DNA of 46,422 nt from assembly GCA_964514935.1 (NCBI GenBank), contig CAZEVZ010000001.1:1-46422 (forward strand). Reading direction: 5' to 3'. The notes under the pieces were generated by a model. The model saw only the letters and a program-made list of their open reading frames with translations, did not search any database and was not told the origin of the DNA. Below, piece by piece: positions 20,437 through 28,096 of the stretch. Numbering within the stretch: the stretch's first letter is position 1; each line of letters begins with the position of its first letter. The translations under genes and the position numbers were made by a program. This DNA comes from an uncultured Muribaculaceae bacterium (GTDB lineage Bacteria > Bacillota_I > Bacilli_A > RF39 > UBA660).

Positions 20437-20443
20437 TAAGAGC

Positions 20444-21010
20444 GATTGATGGCACATTATTCTAGTCAATTGATTCGTTAGGAAGACGGGGATAAAAGAC
20501 CGTTAAAGAGCATATCTGTGAAACCGCTTGTGTTTGCTTTAGATGCCCAATCTAGGGTGAATGCTGGCGATGAGAATAGTGGATAGAACATAATGGCATA
20601 TGTTTAATTCCATTGTTCGTGGAGACCTAACTTTGTGATATTTTTATTACGAACTAGGATTAAACCTGCTAGGTGGCGAAAGTTACCTACAGTGTAGCTT
20701 GTCTTGAGTGAAGGCTTTGGGATTGACAATAGGTAATAAGTTATTTGGCCAAATAATTTTGTTACTTTGTCATGAAATTACCTTTGCAAAAGAGTACTAT
20801 TAACGATGCGTTGGTGAGGAAATCTCCTAGAGTGCGTTATGATATAGGATTGCAGTGGGAACTAAGTGGCAATCAAGTCGTATGATGTGGAAACACCGTA
20901 CTGTCTTCTTTAAAGGGGAACCGCAACACTGGTAACGGTATGTAGAAGATAGGGAAAACCTACTTGACCTAAGTCCCAAAGTTAATTATATCGATTAGCC
21001 ATTAGTTTTT
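20444..21010 (+). ncRNA. Large structured non-coding RNA (~570 nt), OLE-like by size and context
   Basis: It has no ORF. It is clearly GC-enriched relative to its flanks. It contains many local helices:
- GAAA-capped hairpins at 20671-20688 and 20887-20896
- TTATTTGGCCAAATAA at 20741-20756, enclosed by GGTAAT/ATTACC (20732-20737 / 20777-20782)
- TCTTCT/AGAAGA (20904-20909 / 20944-20949)

There is no terminator before the downstream 4-TM gene. Confidence 0.55.
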
Positions 21011-21024
21011 TTATTGGAGGAAGT

Positions 21025-21549
21025 ATGAAGAAGAGTAATAATCGCTGGATAATTATCGTGACTTTGTTAGCATTTGGATTATCGATACTGATGTCTTTGT
21101 TTGCCAGTATAGTTCTCAAAAATGTTACGTTGATTATCTCGATAGTCGTTACTTTTCTTTTTATTTTATTAGGAATAGTTTTCGATATTATCGGGGTGGC
21201 AGCAACAAGCGGTGATGAAGTTGCTTTTCATTCGATGAGTGCTAGACGTGTTCGCGGAGGAAAAGTTGGGGTAAGATTAATACGAAACGCCTCAAAAGTA
21301 TCGAGTATCTGTTGTGATGTCGTCGGTGATATATGTGGCATCATTTCCGGTAGTGCAGGAGTTACGATTGTTGCCTTACTAGTAAAGATGACAACCCTAA
21401 ATGAAGTGGGGATATCATTACTAGTTATGGCCTTGATTTCTTCACTAACTATTGGAGGAAAAGCCATCGGTAAAAATATTGCTGTCGGTAAGAGCAATGA
21501 AGTAATAACTATCGTTGCTAAAATACTATCAATTTTTAGTAGAAAATAA
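21025..21549 (+). CDS. Small 4-TM membrane protein, OapA-like by position
   Basis: 174 aa with about four hydrophobic segments and a basic loop (SARRVRGGKVGVRLIRNASK). A DVVGD motif lies inside the third hydrophobic segment. The RBS GGAGG is at the right spacing. The gene is directly downstream of the large RNA. Confidence 0.5.
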   Translation: MKKSNNRWIIIVTLLAFGLSILMSLFASIVLKNVTLIISIVVTFLFILLGIVFDIIGVAATSGDEVAFHSMSARRVRGGKVGVRLIRNASKVSSICCDVVGDICGIISGSAGVTIVALLVKMTTLNEVGISLLVMALISSLTIGGKAIGKNIAVGKSNEVITIVAKILSIFSRK

Positions 21550-21609
21550 CCTAAAATACTGCCAAGTGGTGGTATTTTTTCTTTTTGACTAAAAATGTAA
21601 AAAAAACGT

Positions 21610-21638
21610 TTGACAAAACTATATGTTTGTGATATTAT
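21610..21638 (+). promoter_or_regulatory. Sigma-A promoter
   Basis: TTGACA (21610-21615), 17 nt, TGa-extended TATTAT (21633-21638). Confidence 0.6.
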
Positions 21639-21669
21639 AGTGAACGATTTTCGTTGAGGGGGAATTATA

Positions 21670-23241
21670 ATGTACGAAGAGGAAGAAAGACGCTTTAGTT
21701 GGACACACTTATTTATCAAGATAATAATTGTCGTAATATTCATCCTATTTACGGTATGGTTATTATCATTAGCAACTAAAAATGCAACGAGAGGTATGTC
21801 TAACTCACTTGATGTTCTTACCGATAATATTTTTTCACAAAATGTTGAAAGAATGAAGGACGTAGGAAAGAGTTATTTTACAACTGAGAGATTACCTAAA
21901 AAAGTAGGAGAAACTAAAAAGTTATCACTTGCTAGAATGTATGATGAAGATTTGATATTAGAGATTAAGGATAAGAACGGAAATGCATGTTCTGCTAAAA
22001 ATTCTTATGTTTCTGTCGAAAAGATGGACACTGAATATCAAATGAAAGTATATCTAGAATGTGGTGAAGAAAAACAATTCATAAGAGTTATTATGGGATG
22101 TTACAATTACTGCAATACGGATATATGTGAAAAGAAGGATGATGTAAGCCTTGAATATGAATATTCAAGAACAACTGGTGGATCTTGGGCCGGTTGGGGA
22201 AATTGGAGTAATTGGTCTACAAATAGTGTATCAAAGACTGATTCTCGCGATGTTGAAACTAAAGTAGTTAGAGAAAACTATACTTATGACAAAACTAATA
22301 CTAGTTCAGTAGTGGCTGGCAATGCAACTTGCCCTAGTGTTGATGGATATACACTTACAGGTAATAGCAATGGTGTATGTTCATATACCAAAGTAGTTAC
22401 AAGTACGGCTAGTCCAGTAAGTTGTGCTAGTACATATAATGGTTATAGTTTAGTAAGTCAAAGTGGATTTACATGTAACTATAGTAAAGGTACAACATCA
22501 ACTACTAGTCCAGTAAGTTGTGCAAGCACATCAGATGGCTATAGTTTAGTAAGTCAAAATGGTTTCACATGTAACTATAGTAAGAGAACAACTAGTACAA
22601 TTGCGGCAACAGCAAGTAATACTGGCGGTGATCCAATTTATGGAGAAGATTGCTATAATTACAACGTAGCTGTTGGAACGAAGATTGTATCTTCATGTAG
22701 AGGTTGTGCAAAAGAAGTACAAACAGTATATGAAACTCGTAGACATTGTGATACAGTTGTAACTGGTTATACACCAGTGGTAACAAACTATAGTTGTCCA
22801 AGCAATTATACAAGAAATGGTTCTACTTGTAGTATATCAGGTACAGCAACTAAAACAACAACTGTCGGTTGTCCTAGTGGCTATACACAATCAGGAAATA
22901 GTTGTGTAATGAGTGGTACAGAAACAACAACGACAACAACAAGCTGTCCAAGCAATTATACGAAGAGAAATAATACTTGTGCTAAAGATACGACATACAC
23001 TAAAACACAAAGTGCTGTATGTCCTGCTAATCAACAATTAAAGAATGGTAAATGTTATAAAGCAGAAACTAAAGTAGAAAAAGTTACAGGTGTTAAAGAC
23101 GTAACATATTATAGATATAGAACAAGAGACTATACTGGTGGATCTGTTGATTATAAGTGGAGTACATCAAATAATGATACAAGCTTAACAAGTGCTGGTT
23201 ATAAATTAACTGGTAAAACTAGAAATAATGGGGGTAAATAA
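21670..23241 (+). CDS. Membrane-anchored Cys-repeat protein of unknown function
   Basis: It has an N-terminal TM segment (LFIKIIIVVIFILFTVWLLSL) and a WAGWGNWSNWS motif near 22181-22219. A 96-bp tandem duplication lies at 22411-22602. Repeated CP(S/A)(N/G)Y...G..C units lie at about 22790-23050. Confidence 0.6.
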   Translation: MYEEEERRFSWTHLFIKIIIVVIFILFTVWLLSLATKNATRGMSNSLDVLTDNIFSQNVERMKDVGKSYFTTERLPKKVGETKKLSLARMYDEDLILEIKDKNGNACSAKNSYVSVEKMDTEYQMKVYLECGEEKQFIRVIMGCYNYCNTDICEKKDDVSLEYEYSRTTGGSWAGWGNWSNWSTNSVSKTDSRDVETKVVRENYTYDKTNTSSVVAGNATCPSVDGYTLTGNSNGVCSYTKVVTSTASPVSCASTYNGYSLVSQSGFTCNYSKGTTSTTSPVSCASTSDGYSLVSQNGFTCNYSKRTTSTIAATASNTGGDPIYGEDCYNYNVAVGTKIVSSCRGCAKEVQTVYETRRHCDTVVTGYTPVVTNYSCPSNYTRNGSTCSISGTATKTTTVGCPSGYTQSGNSCVMSGTETTTTTTSCPSNYTKRNNTCAKDTTYTKTQSAVCPANQQLKNGKCYKAETKVEKVTGVKDVTYYRYRTRDYTGGSVDYKWSTSNNDTSLTSAGYKLTGKTRNNGGK

Positions 23242-23243
23242 TA

Positions 23244-24614
23244 ATGAGCGATATTGATAGAATAATGTTAGAAGTTGAAAAAAGATATCAAGAAGAAACA
23301 AGAAAACAAGAAGAAGCTTTGAATGAAAAAGCTTTAGCGGATGAAATGAAAGCAGAGGCTATTAAGAAAGAAAAGGCTGCTAAAGCTGCTTTAAAAGAAT
23401 TAGAAGTAGCTAGAGCACATGCGATGAAAGCACAAGAATCTTACAATGCTTTTAGAGAAAGTAATGGCGAAGTAGTAAATTCAGGAGAAACTGGTGAAGT
23501 AAGTATGGAAACTGCAACAGAAAATAGAACAAATGGTGATTTTGGTTCAGGATTACTTATCGGTGGAATAACAGTTGCTTTGATTGCTACTGGTGCTTGG
23601 GCATTAAGTAGAGATTCCTTAACTGGTGAAGTTAGAGCGGCCTCTTGGTTTAAGGGAGAAAAGAGTGAAACAGAGGCTTCAATTGACGAAACTACTGTTG
23701 AAGAATCAACTGTTCAAGAAGAAGCTCCTGGCTTCGTATATGATTATGAGAATAATGTTGTAGTAATACCAAGTATGGTAGATCCTAATGCAGCATATGC
23801 ATATGATTTCGAAGCAGATGCTAGTCAAGATACTAGATTTGTCGATGAATATGGCAATGAAATAGAAGTTGTAACTGAAGCTGGACAAGCAATTACTAAT
23901 CCAGTTATCAACGAGGAACTTCCTGCTAATGCAGAATATGTAGAACTAACTACAGAGAGATTTGAAGAGTTAACAACAAGTTTAATTCAAAAATATGAAA
24001 GTCTTGGTTTGGATGTTTCAAGAGAAGATATCATCAAATATGTAATGATTAGAAATCTTGATAAATTAAGACAAGATAATAATGAATTAGTTAATTCAAT
24101 TATCGGTTCACAAGAACCATTAGAAGTATTTGCCGATGCTGATCATGTAATCGATGCTATTATGACATACAATCTATTATATTTTGATAAGTATCAAAAT
24201 ACTGATGGTTTCTTAAGTGCTGCTGATGGTGTGTTCGATGAAGTTCAAAGAGCTAGAGTTCTTGAAATAGAAAGACGTGTTTATGAAATAGGTGCTTACT
24301 ATCAAGATGAAGCTACATATAATGAATTAACATATACATTACTTAGGGATATGATCAATCCATTAAATCCAATTAGTGAACTAGAAGATGGTGTAAGCTA
24401 TGGTGTAGAATGGATAGATATGTATATGGTACGTTCAACATTTGGAACAGATAGATACATTACTCTTAACGATGTAAATAGCGATTTAGTTAAATATTTT
24501 GTATCATTTGCTGGTGACGGTGAAGAATATGAAAATAATGCTTTAGTAAATGGTAATGTTAGAAACATCAATGCATTATTAACTGAATGTGATGTTAAAA
24601 CACTTACAAAATAA
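23244..24614 (+). CDS. Coiled-coil / single-TM / acidic-domain protein of unknown function
   Basis: It has a K/E-rich N-terminal helix, a TM segment (LLIGGITVALIATGAWAL) and an acidic C-terminal domain. The start codon lies 2 nt after the previous stop. Confidence 0.55.
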   Translation: MSDIDRIMLEVEKRYQEETRKQEEALNEKALADEMKAEAIKKEKAAKAALKELEVARAHAMKAQESYNAFRESNGEVVNSGETGEVSMETATENRTNGDFGSGLLIGGITVALIATGAWALSRDSLTGEVRAASWFKGEKSETEASIDETTVEESTVQEEAPGFVYDYENNVVVIPSMVDPNAAYAYDFEADASQDTRFVDEYGNEIEVVTEAGQAITNPVINEELPANAEYVELTTERFEELTTSLIQKYESLGLDVSREDIIKYVMIRNLDKLRQDNNELVNSIIGSQEPLEVFADADHVIDAIMTYNLLYFDKYQNTDGFLSAADGVFDEVQRARVLEIERRVYEIGAYYQDEATYNELTYTLLRDMINPLNPISELEDGVSYGVEWIDMYMVRSTFGTDRYITLNDVNSDLVKYFVSFAGDGEEYENNALVNGNVRNINALLTECDVKTLTK

Positions 24615-24662
24615 ATAAAAGGTCTAGAAATAGATCTTTTTTTTTGATATAATTTACTTGAT

Positions 24663-25064
24663 ATGAAGAAGTTTATTAAACTGTTTATTGGGGTATTATT
24701 ACTATTATTGATACTTATTTTATATATGGATTATAATGATAGATATTATATGGATAAATTAGTGAATAAAATTACTAACAATACCGATATAAAAACCATC
24801 GATTATGTAAATTATTATGATAATTATTACATTGTTATCGATGATAATTATTTGTATTTATTAGATGATAAATATAGTGAAATTTTAAAAGAAGATAGAA
24901 TACTTTTATATGAAAATAGTAATAATTATGATATTATATATAAAGATGGAAAGTTTATGTATTTTACCAGTATATTAAAAGATAATAAATTGATATATAG
25001 GTATTATAATTTATATGATTATGAGCTATTAGATGAGGTTTTAGTTGGAGGTACTGATGATTGA
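24663..25064 (+). CDS. Small N-terminally anchored Y/N/D-rich protein
   Basis: It has a signal/anchor (FIKLFIGVLLLLLILILYM). There is no recognisable family. Confidence 0.45.
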   Translation: MKKFIKLFIGVLLLLLILILYMDYNDRYYMDKLVNKITNNTDIKTIDYVNYYDNYYIVIDDNYLYLLDDKYSEILKEDRILLYENSNNYDIIYKDGKFMYFTSILKDNKLIYRYYNLYDYELLDEVLVGGTDD

Positions 25065-25683
25065 TTTGATTAAAGAAAGGCCACTATATATTCCTAGAAT
25101 ATTACTTAATAATTATAAGACTTTAGGAATAACAGATGAAGAATTGATTATAATAATGGTTATTATGAATTATGGAGATAAAGTTGTTTATGATCCAGAA
25201 TTGTTTGCTAAAGATATCGGTAGTAATCGAAAAAATATTATGATGCTAATAGATAGCTTATGTGATAAAAATATTCTCTCTTTAATTTTTGAAAAGAATA
25301 ATAAAAAGACTTATGAATATATTTCTTTGGATATTTTATATGAAAAGTTACTCAATATTGTTCTTGGTAAAAGTGAAGAAGTAGAAGTTGATAATTCGAT
25401 ATTTACTATTTTTGAAAGTGAACTTGGAAGAACGTTATCACCAATGGAATATGAAAAAATAAAAGAATGGATTACGAGTGATAATAATAATGAATTGATT
25501 ATTTTGGCTTTAAAAGAAGCAGTATTAAATGGAGTTAATAATCTTAATTATATCGATCGTATTTTAAGTACTTGGAAGAAAAAAGGCTATAAAAATGAAA
25601 GTGATATTTTAAAAGAGAAAGAGAATTATCGTACTAAAAAAGAAAAAGTACAGATATATGATACGGATTGGTTAAATGAATAA
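25057..25683 (+). CDS. dnaD: DnaD-domain replication initiation / membrane attachment protein
   Basis: The C-terminal ESELGRTLSPMEYEKIKEWI...NYIDRILSTWKKKG is DnaD-like, and the conserved dnaD-nth pairing is present. The start is taken at the ATG 6 nt after GGAGG (the track start 25045 is TTG). Confidence 0.7.
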   Translation: MIDLIKERPLYIPRILLNNYKTLGITDEELIIIMVIMNYGDKVVYDPELFAKDIGSNRKNIMMLIDSLCDKNILSLIFEKNNKKTYEYISLDILYEKLLNIVLGKSEEVEVDNSIFTIFESELGRTLSPMEYEKIKEWITSDNNNELIILALKEAVLNGVNNLNYIDRILSTWKKKGYKNESDILKEKENYRTKKEKVQIYDTDWLNE

Positions 25684-26305
25684 GGAAATATTCGATTATT
25701 TAGATGGTTTATATCCCGATGCGAAATGTGAATTAAATTATACGAAAGATTATGAATTGTTACTTGCTACATTGCTTAGTGCCCAGACTACGGATAAGAG
25801 AGTTAATAAAGTAACGGAAGTATTATTTAAGAAGTATCCCAGTATAAAAGAATTAAGTATGGCTCCGATTGATGAGATTGAAAATATTATTAGAGAGATA
25901 GGCACTTTTCGAAGAAAGGCTATCTATATTCATGAAATAACTAAAAAATTAGTTCAAGATGGTTACGATTATATTCCTAATGATCGAAAGTATATCGAAT
26001 CATTACCAGGAGTAGGTCATAAAACAGCCAATGTTTTTTTATCAAATATCTATGATGATCCAGCTATAGCAGTCGATACGCATGTATCAAGAGTAAGTAA
26101 AAGATTAGGAATAGCTAAAGAAAATGATAGTGTTGAAAAGATAGAAGAAAAACTAATGAAAAAAGTACCTAAAAATAGATGGAGTAAAACGCATCATCAA
26201 TTGGTACTGTTTGGAAGATATAATTGTAAGGCTATAAAACCAGAATGTAGCAGTTGTATGATTAAAGAAATGTGTAAATATTACAAAAAAAAGATTAGCG
26301 AGTAA
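25676..26305 (+). CDS. nth: Endonuclease III
   Basis: It has the HhH-GPD motif LPGVGHKTANVFL...VDTHV and a C-terminal Fe-S cluster CKAIKPECSSCMIKEMC. Confidence 0.9.
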   Translation: MNKEIFDYLDGLYPDAKCELNYTKDYELLLATLLSAQTTDKRVNKVTEVLFKKYPSIKELSMAPIDEIENIIREIGTFRRKAIYIHEITKKLVQDGYDYIPNDRKYIESLPGVGHKTANVFLSNIYDDPAIAVDTHVSRVSKRLGIAKENDSVEKIEEKLMKKVPKNRWSKTHHQLVLFGRYNCKAIKPECSSCMIKEMCKYYKKKISE

Positions 26306-26313
26306 TCTTTTTT
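26291..26313. terminator. nth terminator, also readable on the minus strand
   Basis: Stem AAGATTA (26291-26297) / TAATCTT (26303-26309), then T-run 26310-26313. An A-run lies upstream, so the reverse strand also ends in Us. Confidence 0.65.
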
Positions 26314-26315
26314 CT

Positions 26316-26529
26316 TTGTCAACTATAGGTTGCAAAGTCCTTAAGTATTTTACTTGAGGACTATCATTTCTATTAAAATAATACCATAAAATAAGGAAAT
26401 GTGCAATAAAAATGGTCGTAATTTTTAAGAAAAAATTTTGTGTCAAATTTTCTTCATATTTTTGATAATCTCTTTATTTATAGGCATCTACGGAGATTAT
26501 AAAAGTCCTCAAGTAAAATACTTAAGGAC
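26316..26529. promoter_or_regulatory. Switch cassette B: perfect 25-bp inverted repeats around an outward-facing promoter (candidate invertible promoter)
   Basis: The dyad is at 26316-26336. IR-L is GTCCTTAAGTATTTTACTTGAGGAC at 26337-26361, and IR-R at 26505-26529 is its exact reverse complement. The minus-strand promoter is TTGCAC (26406-26401), 17 nt, TGgTATTAT (26383-26378). Confidence 0.65.
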
Positions 26530-26543
26530 AAAATGGTGATAAT

Positions 26544-27164
26544 ATGAAGAAAATATGGAAGGATAATGCGAAGTTAATATTGATTGTATTTATAACAGTA
26601 GTAATAGCTAGTGGAGCAACGTATGCAGCCACGACAATGTATGATTCGAATATCGTTGGTTATGATAATACGACCAGTGGCTTAAGGTCAACAAATGTTC
26701 AATCTGCTTTAGATGAAGTATATAGTGCTGCAACAGATTATACATCTGTTAATACAAGATTAACTGATGTAGAAAATACTATTGGAAGTGGTTCATTGAC
26801 TACTACTTCACAAAATTTAATTGGTGCTGTTAATGGACTTAATAATCAGATTACTGCGCAGGATATAACTTCCCAATTTACAATAAATGTTACACCAGTT
26901 AATGACGTTATAAAATCAAAAGTATTTAAAACTGGTAATACTATCGTTATTTCTATTGTTGGTACAATAACGTCATCGAGCTCATTTCTTGTTTCAAACA
27001 TTCCAACTGCCTATCGTCCAAAGAGTTTTGTTTGTGTGGGTATTGTCTTGGAAAATGGCGCTGCTGTACCTGTGTACTTTTATGGGTCAAATGATGTTAT
27101 ATATGCAGATAGTCTTTTTATGGCAGGAAATACAGTTCGTGGAACTCTTGTTTATACAATATAA
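26544..27164 (+). CDS. Secreted tail-fibre-like family protein, paralogue 3 (short form, distinct C-terminal head)
   Basis: It shares the N-terminal ~60 aa of the family, then has TRLTDVENTI...NLIGAVNGLNNQI and a ~100-aa beta-rich C-terminus unrelated to the long forms. Confidence 0.85.
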   Translation: MKKIWKDNAKLILIVFITVVIASGATYAATTMYDSNIVGYDNTTSGLRSTNVQSALDEVYSAATDYTSVNTRLTDVENTIGSGSLTTTSQNLIGAVNGLNNQITAQDITSQFTINVTPVNDVIKSKVFKTGNTIVISIVGTITSSSSFLVSNIPTAYRPKSFVCVGIVLENGAAVPVYFYGSNDVIYADSLFMAGNTVRGTLVYTI

Positions 27165-27194
27165 TTTGAGATATAGAAGTATATTTAGCGATAT

Positions 27195-27225
27195 ACTACT
27201 TTTTCTATGTAAAAGAAAAAGTAGT
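27195..27225. terminator. Hairpin left of cassette C
   Basis: Stem ACTACTTTTTC (27195-27205) / GAAAAAGTAGT (27215-27225). A T-rich tract follows after a short gap. Confidence 0.45.
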
Positions 27226-27243
27226 AATTCCTACTTTAATTTT

Positions 27244-27457
27244 TTGTCAACTATAAGTTGCAAAGTCCTTAAGTATTTTACTTGAGGACTATCATTTCTA
27301 TTAAACTAATACCATAAAATAAGGGAATGTGCAATAAAAATGGTGGTAATTTTTGAGAAAAAATTTTGTGTCAAATTTTCTTCATATTCTTTATAAAGCC
27401 TTTATTTATAGGCATCTGCAGATGTTATAAAAGTTCTTAAGTAAAATACTTAAGGAC
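27244..27457. promoter_or_regulatory. Switch cassette C (candidate invertible promoter)
   Basis: The dyad is at 27244-27264 (one A substitution). IR-L is at 27265-27289. IR-R is GTTCTTAAGTAAAATACTTAAGGAC at 27433-27457 (23/25). The minus-strand promoter is TTGCAC (27334-27329), 17 nt, TGgTATTAG (27311-27306). Confidence 0.6.
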
Positions 27458-27471
27458 AGAATGGTGATAAT

Positions 27472-28056
27472 ATGAAGAAAATATGGAAGGAAAATACGAA
27501 GTTAATCCTGATTGTAATCATAGCAGTCGTAATAGCTAGTGGAGCAACGTATGCAGCAACAACGATGTACGATTCAAATATTGTTGGTTATGATAATACG
27601 ACTAGTGGCTTAAGGTCAACGACAGTACAAACTGCATTAGATGAACTATATGGTAATGTGGCTGAAGTAATACTTAATATTAAGAATTTTATAGGTAATA
27701 GTACACTTACAACTACAGATCAAACATTAAGTGGTGCTATTAACGAACTTGATAGTGAGGTTGCAACAAAATATGGAACAATTAGTTCGTGGGTGTTCTT
27801 TGATGATGATTCAAGTCATTATGGAGATGTTTCTGCACACGGGTATAAGCAGTATGAAATAAATGTAGTCAATGCAGGTAGCCCAGTTCCTCCAGATGTA
27901 TATACTGGTTATATAGTACTTAATGATAGGAATTCAAATCTAATTGTTACTATTACTTCTAAGAGTGGAAATACTTTAACTTTTAGATGGTATAATCCGA
28001 CGAATTCTACACAGAGAATTCAAGGAATTGTCGCAATATTTAGGTATTTAACTTAA
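27472..28056 (+). CDS. Secreted tail-fibre-like family protein, paralogue 4 (short form, third type of C-terminal head)
   Basis: It shares the family N-terminus, then has TLSGAINELDSEV and a unique ~100-aa C-terminus. Confidence 0.85.
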   Translation: MKKIWKENTKLILIVIIAVVIASGATYAATTMYDSNIVGYDNTTSGLRSTTVQTALDELYGNVAEVILNIKNFIGNSTLTTTDQTLSGAINELDSEVATKYGTISSWVFFDDDSSHYGDVSAHGYKQYEINVVNAGSPVPPDVYTGYIVLNDRNSNLIVTITSKSGNTLTFRWYNPTNSTQRIQGIVAIFRYLT

Positions 28057-28069
28057 AAAGAAAATAATA

Positions 28070-28088
28070 TAATAGAAAAAGGAACTAA
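28070..28088. terminator. Hairpin between convergent paralogue 4 and lexA
   Basis: Stem AGGAACT (28070-28076) / AGTTCCT (28082-28088). The T-run is on the minus-strand side. Confidence 0.5.
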
Positions 28089-28096
28089 ATCAGTTC

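Noticed and set aside
20444-21010. RNase P RNA, tmRNA, SRP RNA or a riboswitch as the identity of the large RNA
   Set aside because: There is no GAGGAAAGTCC-type RNase P motif. There is no tRNA-like GGGG...CCACCA ends or tag ORF as in tmRNA. It is far longer than SRP, 6S or any riboswitch leader.
26153-26446. 97-aa minus-strand ORF spanning cassette B and the 3' end of nth
   Set aside because: It runs antisense through nth and its terminator. The equivalent regions of cassettes A, C and D do not keep a comparable ORF, so conservation is at the DNA level and not the protein level.
26989-27285. 98-aa plus-strand ORF overlapping the end of paralogue 3 and reading into cassette C
   Set aside because: It is out of frame with a well-supported CDS, crosses its terminator and the conserved cassette, and has no RBS.
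13162-28088. Similar hairpins AGGAACTnnnnnCAGTTCCT at 13167-13185 and AGGAACTaaatcAGTTCCT at 28070-28088, both beside family loci
   Set aside because: Only a 7-bp stem is shared. This is most simply two ordinary terminators with a chance resemblance.
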